From positions 1 to 38,936 of the IMG/VR virus record IMGVR_UViG_3300001589_000046: 38,936 nt of DNA, one strand, 5' to 3'. The notes below the pieces were generated by a model, which made no database searches, was not told where the DNA came from, and saw only the letters and a program-made list of their open reading frames with translations. Shown here piece by piece: positions 30,001 through 36,196 of this stretch. Numbering within the stretch: the stretch's first letter is position 1; each line of letters opens with the position of its first letter. Origin of the DNA: a virus (lineage: Duplodnaviria > Caudoviricetes). Both the position numbers and the translations under genes were made by a program.

Positions 30001-32303
30001 GATGTACCTGAAGACCCTGAAGAACCACTTGTTCCTGAAGAACCACTTGTTCCAGAAGAACCAGAAGAACCATCTGCACCATCATCACCTGAAGTTCCTG
30101 AAGAGCCACTAGACCCTGCTGCTCCATCTATACCAGAAGTACCGCTTGAACCAGAAGTTCCATCTATACCACTTGTACCAGATGAACCAGAAGTTCCGTC
30201 TATACCACTTGTACCAGAAGTTCCACTTGAACCTGAAGAGCCACTAGTACCTGAACTACCACTTGAGCCTGAATCACCAGAAGTACCTGAAGATCCACTT
30301 GAACCATCATTTCCATCTACTCCTGAAGTTCCTGAAGAACCTGAAGAGCCACTTGTTCCTGAACTTCCACTTGTGCCTGATGATCCACTTGAACCATCTA
30401 TACCTGATGTTCCAGAACTTCCACTTGAACCTGAAGTTCCTGAAGAACCACTAGTTCCTGAAGAGCCACTTGAACCTCCTGCTCCATCTGTACCACTTGT
30501 TCCCGATGATCCACTTGTACCATCTATTCCACTAGTTCCAGAGCTACCACTTGAGCCTGCTGCTCCATCTATACCAGAAGTTCCAGATGAACCTGAAGAA
30601 CCACTTGTTCCAGAACTTCCACTTGAACCATCATCTCCGCTGGTACCCGAAGTACCACTTGAACCAGAAGAACCATCTGCACCATCTATACCAGAAGTAC
30701 CAGAAGAGCCACTTGTACCGTCTATACCACTTGTCCCTGAAGAACCACTTGAGCCTGCTGCTCCATCTATACCACTTGTTCCTGAAGAACCTGAGCTACC
30801 ACTTGTTCCAGAAGAACCACTAGAACCTGAATCTCCACTCGTACCTGAAGTACCTGAAGAACCACTAGTTCCATCTATACCACTTGTTCCTGATGAACCA
30901 CTTGTACCGTCTATTCCACTTGTTCCTGAAGATCCTGAAGTTCCATCTATACCTGAAGTTCCACTTGAACCGGAACTACCACTTGTTCCAGATGAACCAC
31001 TTGAACCACTATCACCTGATGTTCCTGATGATCCGCTTGAACCATCTACACCTGAAGTACCAGAAGAGCCACTTGTACCATCTATACCTGATGTTCCACT
31101 TGAACCAGAAGTTCCGTCTATACCTGAAGTACCTGAAGATCCACTTGAACCAGAATCACCTGTTACAACAAAAGAACAAATTACATCTTCTCCATCAGTA
31201 AATGCACTTCCACCTGAAGCTTCATTACTTACTGCTAATGTCCACCAATCCCCATTATCTGTTAAATCTGTAATTGCAAATAAAACAAAATCATTTGTAT
31301 TAAATTTATCTGATATTCTTATGTGACCATTTACGGCACCTGTTGAAGCTTTTACTGTTTCTAAGAATGCTTCTATACTGTTACCAGCATCATCTGTTTG
31401 ACTAATGTATACCGCTGTTGCAGAAGGCTGAGTAGAATTATTTAATTTTACTTTTCCTGAACCAGGATCTGATGTATCAGTATCTGTTTCAAAAGTATAA
31501 TCAAACGAAGCACCACCAAATGAACCGTCTTGTCCTGAAGTACCAGAAGTACCTGAAGAACCACTTGTACCATCTATACCAGAAGTGCCTGAACTGCCAC
31601 TTGAACCGGATGTGCCACTTGAACCAGAACTACCGCTTGTACCAGAAGAGCCACTTGAACCTGATGTACCACTAGAACCACTTGTTCCTGATGATCCACT
31701 TGAACCATCCACACCACTTGTTCCTGAAGAGCCTGAAGTTCCATCTATACCTGAAGTTCCACTTGAACCACTTGATCCCGAAGTTCCACTTGAACCTGAA
31801 GACCCATCTGCACCATCATCACCAGAAGTACCTGAAGTACCACTTGAACCTGAAGATCCACTTGTTCCTGATGAACCTGAAGACCCGCTTGTACCTGAAC
31901 TACCAGAAGTACCATCAATACCACTTGTTCCAGAAGAACCTGATGAACCTTCTATACCAGAAGTTCCAGAAGAACCACTAGTTCCTGAAGAGCCACTTGA
32001 ACCACCGCCACCATCAGAACCAGAAGTACCTGAAGTACCACTTGAACCTGAAGAACCACTAGTTCCTGAAGAACCTGATGATCCGCCTGCACCATCTATA
32101 CCAGAAGTTCCGGATGTACCTGATGATCCACTTGAGCCTGAACTACCTGAATCGCCAGATGTTCCAGAAGTACCTGAAGATCCTGAAGAACCACTTGTTC
32201 CAGAGGACCCTGAGCTTCCATCTGAACCAGCACTTTCATCTAATACATTATAAGCGCCAACTTTTAAAGCATCTACAAATCTTACGTTATTCTGACTAGC
32301 CAT
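24069..32303 (-). CDS. Giant collagen-like (Gly-X-X) Ser/Thr-rich virion fibre protein with four repeated globular domains and a C-terminal domain
   Basis: 2744-aa uninterrupted ORF directly after the neck/terminator genes; Gly at every third residue in five long tracts (GSS, GTS, GID, GDS, GAD). Confidence 0.88.
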   Translation of the reverse strand: MASQNNVRFVDALKVGAYNVLDESAGSDGSSGSSGTSGSSGSSGTSGTSGDSGSSGSSGSSGTSGTSGIDGAGGSSGSSGTSGSSGSSGTSGTSGSDGGGGSSGSSGTSGSSGTSGIEGSSGSSGTSGIDGTSGSSGTSGSSGSSGTSGSSGSSGTSGTSGDDGADGSSGSSGTSGSSGSSGTSGIDGTSGSSGTSGVDGSSGSSGTSGSSGTSGSSGSSGTSGSSGSSGTSGSSGSSGTSGIDGTSGSSGTSGTSGQDGSFGGASFDYTFETDTDTSDPGSGKVKLNNSTQPSATAVYISQTDDAGNSIEAFLETVKASTGAVNGHIRISDKFNTNDFVLFAITDLTDNGDWWTLAVSNEASGGSAFTDGEDVICSFVVTGDSGSSGSSGTSGIDGTSGSSGTSGIDGTSGSSGTSGVDGSSGSSGTSGDSGSSGSSGTSGSSGSSGTSGIDGTSGSSGTSGIDGTSGSSGTSGIDGTSGSSGTSGTSGDSGSSGSSGTSGSSGSSGTSGIDGAAGSSGSSGTSGIDGTSGSSGTSGIDGADGSSGSSGTSGTSGDDGSSGSSGTSGSSGSSGTSGIDGAAGSSGSSGTSGIDGTSGSSGTSGTDGAGGSSGSSGTSGSSGTSGSSGSSGTSGIDGSSGSSGTSGSSGTSGSSGSSGTSGVDGNDGSSGSSGTSGDSGSSGSSGTSGSSGSSGTSGTSGIDGTSGSSGTSGIDGTSGSSGTSGIDGAAGSSGSSGTSGDDGADGSSGSSGTSGSSGTSGSSGSSGTSGSSGSSGTSGDEGASGSSGSSGTSGIDGTSGSSGTSGIDGAAGSSGSSGTSGTSGVDGSSGSSGTSGSSGSSGTSGDSGSSGSSGTSGIDGTSGSSGTSGTDGSSGSSGTSGSSGTSGQDGSFGGATFDYTFDIDTTTSDPGSGDVKVNNSDQNTATAVYISQEDDAGNSIEAFLETVKASTGAVNGHIRISNKFDTTQFILWAITNLTDNGAWWTLAVTPEASSATSPFTNGEDVLCSFVVTGDSGSSGSSGTSGTSGSSGTSGSSGSSGTSGSSGTSGDDGADGSSGSSGTSGSSGSSGTSGDSGSSGSSGTSGIDGAAGSSGSSGTSGIDGTSGSSGTSGIDGAAGSSGSSGTSGDDGADGSSGSSGTSGDSGSSGSSGTSGSSGSSGTSGDDGTDGSSGSSGTSGIDGTSGSSGTSGIDGTSGSSGTSGIDGADGSSGSSGTSGSSGSSGTSGIDGAAGSSGSSGTSGTSGVDGSSGSSGTSGSSGSSGTSGIDGAAGSSGSSGTSGIDGTSGSSGTSGIDGTSGSSGTSGTSGVDGSSGSSGTSGSSGSSGTSGTSGDSGSSGSSGTSGTSGDDGSSGSSGTSGDSGSSGSSGTSGSSGSSGTSGSSGSSGTSGIDGTSGSSGTSGIDGTSGSSGTSGSSGTSGSSGSSGTSGTSGSSGTSGVDGADGSSGSSGTSGSSGSSGTSGSSGQDGSFGGASFDYTFKTDTNTSENPGTGNIRLNNSTQPSATVLSISQDDDDGNSIESFLQTVEASNSIPKGHVRLFDKDDASDFIVFAINNLVDQGDYWTLTVASEVQGGNALTDGEDIVASFVVTGDSGSSGSSGTSGSSGTSGSSGSSGTSGIDGAAGSSGSSGTSGTSGTSGDSGSSGSSGTSGSSGSSGTSGTSGIDGTSGSSGTSGTSGDDGADGSSGSSGTSGSSGTSGSSGSSGTSGSSGSSGTSGIDGTSGSSGTSGTSGDSGSSGSSGTSGSSGSSGTSGIDGTSGSSGTSGTSGDDGADGSSGSSGTSGSSGSSGTSGSSGTSGSSGSSGTSGVDGSSGSSGTSGDDGADGSSGSSGTSGSSGSSGTSGIDGAAGSSGSSGTSGTSGVDGSSGSSGTSGSSGSSGTSGSSGSSGTSGSSGSSGTSGIDGAAGSSGSSGTSGTSGDSGSSGSSGTSGSSGSSGTSGTSGVDGSSGSSGTSGSSGSSGTSGTSGDSGSSGSSGTSGSSGSSGTSGDDGADGSSGSSGTSGSSGTSGSSGSSGTSGSSGTSGSSGSSGTSGQDGSFGGATFDYTFDTNTATSDPGSGDVKLNKSSAQGQNTATAVYISQTDDNGNSLESFLETIDSSTSAIKGHIRISNKFDTTQFILFAIDELADNGAWWTLTVIPEASSAASPFTNGEDVLCSFVVTGDSGTSGSSGTSGSSGSSGTSGSSGSSGTSGTSGEQGAGGSSGSSGTSGSSGTSGSSGSSGTSGSSGSSGTSGIDGAAGSSGSSGTSGTSGSSGTSGSSGTSGSSGSSGTSGSSGSSGTSGIDGAGGSSGSSGTSGTSGNSGSSGSSGTSGSSGSSGTSGSSGSSGTSGDDGADGSSGSSGTSGSSGTSGSSGSSGTSGSSGSSGTSGDSGSSGSSGISGSDGSSGSSGISGSDGSSGSSGTSGSSGTSGSSGTSGSSGISGTDGSSGSSGNSGSSGSSGTSGSSGVSGSDGSSGSSGISGSDGSSGSSGISGSDGSSGSSGVSGGDGSPGSSGSSGVSGANGSSGSSGVSGGDGAPGSSGSSGISGNNGSSGSSGVSGGDGSPGSSGSSGTSGSSGTSGSSGTSGTATITGSTSNGVVVYGGSGASLTVSQFITVNAQGLSGNLLTLNNHSAIELDGSLTSLGSLSGIITKIGSASVTTTKVVYWTSGGDWAKTGANTESTSKGLLGYNASNSSATSSGIVLIGFVKQSSHGFTVGAPLYLSASAGTGNMSNTAPSSTGNVVRVVGYAVDSNTIWFNPDPTYIVIA
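24612..32228 (-). repeat. Degenerate 9-bp-period coding repeat (Gly-X-X triplets) in five tracts
   Basis: Plus-strand units such as CCACTTGAA, CCTGAAGTT, CCACTTGTT and CCTGATGAA, with synonymous variation. Confidence 0.95.
25830..31520 (-). repeat. Four copies of an approx. 120-125-aa domain (FGGA[S/T]FDYTF...SFVVTGD) at about 31159-31520, 29268-29633, 27540-27905 and 25830-26204
   Basis: Direct comparison of the translated copies and their DNA. Confidence 0.95.
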
Positions 32304-32306
32304 ATA

Positions 32307-33296
32307 TTAACTTTGTTTTAATTCACTACCACGCGTCACGTCGGAAATATTAGATAAATTTCCTTTATCTTCCCTTTGGCGCCTAGTTCTGCCATCTCTT
32401 GTTTTTGTTACATTACTTTCAAATATTTCTTCATTAGCTGTTGTTTCCATTTGAACAATAAATTTGCCTTTAGTGTTATATTTGTTTAATGATGTCATTT
32501 CTTTTTGTATTGTATCTGGTACAATATACCCCCTAAGTCTAATATTAAAATTACCTTTTACTAATCTATCTCTACCAGTTGTTAATTCTGTTGCAGTAGT
32601 AAAGGAATCAATAAAAGCTCTAAATTTAAATCTTTCTGGATTACCCCAATAAGCATCAGAAGCATATTCACAAGCTTCTATTATTTTATTTAGTTGTTCC
32701 ATATAATAAGTTTGGATTAAACAACTATATTCTATAGTTACAAAATCAGGAACAACAACAGCATACATCTGTTTTACTGGTTTTTTATTATTAATAGCTG
32801 CAAAATTGCTATAAAAATTTTTTGGATTATATGGTCTTTGAAAACTAGCATATAAATTAGGATCATTAGCATCAAGTTTATTATATACTGATCTATCTTT
32901 TGTTATTACATTTCTTTTAATAACAATAATAGGTAACATTATTGATCCTTTTTTATCTCTATAATATCCATCTCTTTGATATGATTTCCATCTTTCAGGA
33001 GATCCATAAATTATCGGAACTTCTCTTCTTTCTCCATTTTGGTATACAAAAGGTTTAATAACATTTTCAAAGTAAAAAAATACAGCTTCATCTATATCCT
33101 TAATACCAATTGAAAAAGGTTTTGTTGTATCACCTTTCCAAGATAATTTTTCTGATCTATTAAAAGGTATTCCTGTTTCATTTTCATTAATTTGTGCTGT
33201 AATATTAGGATTACCATATCGTGCATCAGTTGGAGAATGTAAATCTCTACTAATTTCTTTTTGTGTTTTTGGTATAGGTTTTCTAATCTTTGCCAT
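32307..33296 (-). CDS. Tail terminator / sheath stabiliser (T4 gp15-like)
   Basis: VPIIYGSPERWK, LPIIVIKR, VPDFVTIEYSCLIQTYYMEQLNKIIE; follows the two neck genes. Confidence 0.7.
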   Translation of the reverse strand: MAKIRKPIPKTQKEISRDLHSPTDARYGNPNITAQINENETGIPFNRSEKLSWKGDTTKPFSIGIKDIDEAVFFYFENVIKPFVYQNGERREVPIIYGSPERWKSYQRDGYYRDKKGSIMLPIIVIKRNVITKDRSVYNKLDANDPNLYASFQRPYNPKNFYSNFAAINNKKPVKQMYAVVVPDFVTIEYSCLIQTYYMEQLNKIIEACEYASDAYWGNPERFKFRAFIDSFTTATELTTGRDRLVKGNFNIRLRGYIVPDTIQKEMTSLNKYNTKGKFIVQMETTANEEIFESNVTKTRDGRTRRQREDKGNLSNISDVTRGSELKQS

Positions 33297-33826
33297 TAAA
33301 ATCTTTCTATATAAGGTGAAATTGCAGGTTTATCTGCTGAAATATAATATGTTGATACTAATATTGATAAATTTGTTCCAAATAATTGTAGATTTGGATT
33401 TAACGGATTATCTGTACCATCTGAATTATTATTAGGATAATCTGGGTTTTTACCACTCCAATATTGATTACCAACTGTACTTTGAACTCCATAATAACCC
33501 TCTTGATATAAAATTATATCTCCTACATCTGGTACTACGTTTGCGTCAACTAGATCATCTCTTAAGAAATAAAAATCAATTGATTGTTCAAATTGTATAC
33601 CTTCTTCATTTTCAGGGTATTGTTGGTCTTGTCTACTTATTAAAACATTAAATAAAAAGGGACCATTATAAAATTTTTCATCAGCAGCTTCTCCATAAAT
33701 ATTTACTTTGGTTTCTTCTAATTTAAATTGATAGATAGCACATTGTTGAGTAATAACATTACCCATAACTTCTCTATTTAAATGTCTTACCAGAGAAACA
33801 TCTCTCTGTCTTGCGAACATTGCCAT
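33296..33826 (-). CDS. Neck / head-closure protein (T4 gp14-like)
   Basis: NIYGEA..KF, PDVGDIILY motifs; position between the gp13-like and gp15-like genes. Confidence 0.65.
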   Translation of the reverse strand: MAMFARQRDVSLVRHLNREVMGNVITQQCAIYQFKLEETKVNIYGEAADEKFYNGPFLFNVLISRQDQQYPENEEGIQFEQSIDFYFLRDDLVDANVVPDVGDIILYQEGYYGVQSTVGNQYWSGKNPDYPNNNSDGTDNPLNPNLQLFGTNLSILVSTYYISADKPAISPYIERF

Positions 33827-33827
33827 A

Positions 33828-35021
33828 TTATCCTATATAAATTACACGTGGTACTTGATCTAATTCTTTTAGTACTGCATCTGCTTCTAAAACTTTTCTT
33901 TCTAACAATTTAGCTCTTGAAGTTTCATCAAAATATGCTCTTAATCTTTCTAATAAAGCTGTTTTTTCAGCAGTTGCTGCTGCTAAAAGATCAGCTTGAT
34001 TTAATGTCATATCAGCATTAGGAATAGGTACTGTACTATATTTACCCCTAACATACCCTAAAATTTCTTTACATAATGCTAATGTATATTCAAAAATCCA
34101 TTGTCTACCTACTGAGTTAATTAATGCATAAGTAGGGTTTTGATAAGGAATATTTGAAACATTACTAATTAAACCTTCTGCACATTGAATACTGCTACTT
34201 ATTCTATCATTTCTTTTAATATACTCAAACCATAAATTTCCACAGTGAAAACCATTATCTTCTTCATCCTCACCTACTCCACTTACTTCGTAAGGTCCTG
34301 GTATTGGGAATATTCTAATTACATTGTTATGTATTTCAAAACTGTAATTAGATAATCTAACCATTTCATTTAATTCAATAGCTTGAATAACTTGCATATC
34401 ATAATTAAGTGGCATCATTAAATAACCACCTGCTCCTCCAAATCCACCTAGTCCCATTAAACCTGCTGCAGCAACACCACCAAAACCAAACCCATCAAAA
34501 GGATCTAAATACCTAGCTGATGCTGGAACGGGTGTTTGATAAAATACTCTTTTTATTTCTATACTACCCGTTATACCCTGATCTTTTGCCCATACTTTTA
34601 AATCATAATCCTGAACGCTAGAAGTTAAGGGTATACTTCCTTTATACCAAGTAACGTTTCCTCCTACACCTGCTTCTTCACCATATTGTTCTGACATTCT
34701 AACTATAGTTTCAAAATTTGGTGAAATAATTGTTTCACTTAAATCTAATTCAGCATATGGTAAACCTGTAAGATCTAGTATATTTTCTCTAATAAGATAA
34801 GCATATAACTCATTTCCATAAGTAGTTATAGCTTCTTCGAATGCAGTATAAATAGAACCTGATTGGAGTTCAACATCCATTAATGGGTACCCTAATCTTG
34901 TAGTTATAAATTTAGCTACTTTTAAACAATCAACTTGAAATTCAATATCATTATTGTAAAAGCCAAAAGCAGTGGCATTTGGATTCCATAAGGGATTACC
35001 ATCATAAATTGGAATATTCAT
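33828..35021 (-). CDS. Neck / head-tail adaptor protein (T4 gp13-like)
   Basis: RLGYPLMDVELQ, QWIFEYTLALCKEILGYVRGKYSTVPIPNADMTLN, C-terminal IYIG. Confidence 0.78.
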   Translation of the reverse strand: MNIPIYDGNPLWNPNATAFGFYNNDIEFQVDCLKVAKFITTRLGYPLMDVELQSGSIYTAFEEAITTYGNELYAYLIRENILDLTGLPYAELDLSETIISPNFETIVRMSEQYGEEAGVGGNVTWYKGSIPLTSSVQDYDLKVWAKDQGITGSIEIKRVFYQTPVPASARYLDPFDGFGFGGVAAAGLMGLGGFGGAGGYLMMPLNYDMQVIQAIELNEMVRLSNYSFEIHNNVIRIFPIPGPYEVSGVGEDEEDNGFHCGNLWFEYIKRNDRISSSIQCAEGLISNVSNIPYQNPTYALINSVGRQWIFEYTLALCKEILGYVRGKYSTVPIPNADMTLNQADLLAAATAEKTALLERLRAYFDETSRAKLLERKVLEADAVLKELDQVPRVIYIG

Positions 35022-35047
35022 AAGAATCTAGTTTTATTATAAATATG

Positions 35048-35074
35048 AAAAAAAAGACCTCAAATTGAGGCCTT
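35048..35074 (-). terminator. Rho-independent terminator
   Basis: Minus strand AAGGCCTCAATTTGAGGTCTT followed by a T run. Confidence 0.75.
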
Positions 35075-35099
35075 AAATTTTTATTTTATTTACTTTTTA

Positions 35100-35393
35100 T
35101 TATGGGTTAAATATCATTAAATATCCAGAACCACTTGCGGATCCATCCCCACTACCTGATATCCAAAGTGAACCAGTTACTAAAGGTTCTGATGTGGATA
35201 AATTTTCCCATCTAATTGAACTATCACCACTAGCACTTATAACTAAAGAGCCTGTTATTGTTACACTACCCGAAACTGTAAATGATCCAGATACATCGTG
35301 TGACCCAGTAAAAAATCTAAAATTATTATCTAATTCGTCTATTGTTAAAGCTGATCCTTTCCCTCCGGAACCTGTTCTAAATGTTAATGCCAT
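35100..35393 (-). CDS. Small structural protein with fibre-type N-terminal motif (KGSALTIDELDNNF) and TGS/SGS repeats
   Basis: 97 aa; has its own TATTTATA motif at 35415-35422. Confidence 0.65.
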   Translation of the reverse strand: MALTFRTGSGGKGSALTIDELDNNFRFFTGSHDVSGSFTVSGSVTITGSLVISASGDSSIRWENLSTSEPLVTGSLWISGSGDGSASGSGYLMIFNP

Positions 35394-35422
35394 TTTTATT
35401 TAATTTAATTTTATTATAAATA

Positions 35423-35965
35423 TTAAGAAGAGCCTACAAGATACTCTATTCTAACGTCTGCGTTATTTGCTTTTGCTTTTATACTATAAAGCGATGAAAA
35501 TGATGAATAATACTGTATATCAACATACCCATCTACTACATAATCATAATAATTACTACTTTCAAATTGAGCATTAGATAACATCATTGATTTTCCTGCA
35601 TCTAACCTAAATACACCTTCATCTCCTGATCCCACATTACCTGTATTAGGAGATTGAGCATCTGGGCTATCTTGGATTAAATAAATAGATACGTAATTAG
35701 TACAATCTAAATTGGTAAATCTTAAATATTTAACAGTATCTCTTACAAATGAACCAGCTACTTGAGAAGCTTCATTATCAACAAATCTTAAAATTTCAAC
35801 TCCTGTTCCCTCCCAATTTGCAGATATTGTATCTATTCTTCTTACTAATTGGTTTACATTAGCTATTTTTATATTATTTGTAGCAACTTCTTCATTGCCA
35901 TTTGGTAAAGTTATGCTTTCACGTATAAAAACATCTAATGAACCTGTTGTAGTACACAATGCCAT
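35423..35965 (-). CDS. Hypothetical, likely head-associated structural protein
   Basis: 180 aa, beta-rich, directly downstream of the capsid gene; TATTTATA motif at 35979-35986. Confidence 0.65.
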   Translation of the reverse strand: MALCTTTGSLDVFIRESITLPNGNEEVATNNIKIANVNQLVRRIDTISANWEGTGVEILRFVDNEASQVAGSFVRDTVKYLRFTNLDCTNYVSIYLIQDSPDAQSPNTGNVGSGDEGVFRLDAGKSMMLSNAQFESSNYYDYVVDGYVDIQYYSSFSSLYSIKAKANNADVRIEYLVGSS

Positions 35966-36145
35966 AATTCTTTTTTATTATAAATATGAAATGAATTGTT
36001 ATAATTATAAATATTAATTAAAAATATTTTATGTATTTTCTTGGAATATAATTATCTTCAGGGGGTAATATTACTATTATTATTAAATTGAGTAAATACG
36101 TAAATATACATATAAAATTAAATATAAATATAAGGAGATAAGGAT

Positions 36146-36171
36146 AAAAAAACCCGGCAAAAAGCCGGGTT
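36146..36171 (-). terminator. Rho-independent terminator after the major capsid gene
   Basis: AACCCGGC-N5-GCCGGGTT hairpin with T run on the minus strand. Confidence 0.88.
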
Positions 36172-36196
36172 ATTTTATTAAGAAAAGTAAATACTA

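Larger units (their letters stand above)
985..36130 (-). promoter_or_regulatory. Recurrent late-type motif (A)ATATTTATAAT(AAA) upstream of structural genes: 985-992, 8463-8470, 10693-10700, 11748-11755 (variant TATGTATA), 13261-13268, 15092-15099, 15387-15394, 35038-35045, 35415-35422, 35979-35986, 36006-36013, 36123-36130
   Basis: Found in most intergenic gaps ahead of structural genes, always in the same orientation, usually about 5-35 nt before the ATG. Confidence 0.75.

Noticed and set aside
25830-31520. Diversity-generating retroelement template/variable repeats
   Set aside because: All copies are in-frame coding domains, differences are not adenine-specific, and no reverse transcriptase is present in the window.
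24612-32228. Possible CRISPR array or non-coding satellite
   Set aside because: No constant repeat with unique spacers; variation is concentrated at synonymous positions and one frame stays open for 8.2 kb.
24674-32299. Many long plus-strand ORFs (His/Leu/Asn-rich and Pro/Glu/Val-rich) and alternate-frame minus-strand Val/Gln-rich ORFs
   Set aside because: Shadows of the 9-bp-period Gly-Ser-Ser/Thr repeat, which lacks stops in several frames; no expression signals.
24069-32303. Ice-nucleation or antifreeze protein
   Set aside because: Lacks the 8/16/48-residue AGYGSTxT periodicity; period-3 Gly fits a collagen or polyglycine-II structure. Ice binding cannot be excluded, but nothing supports it.
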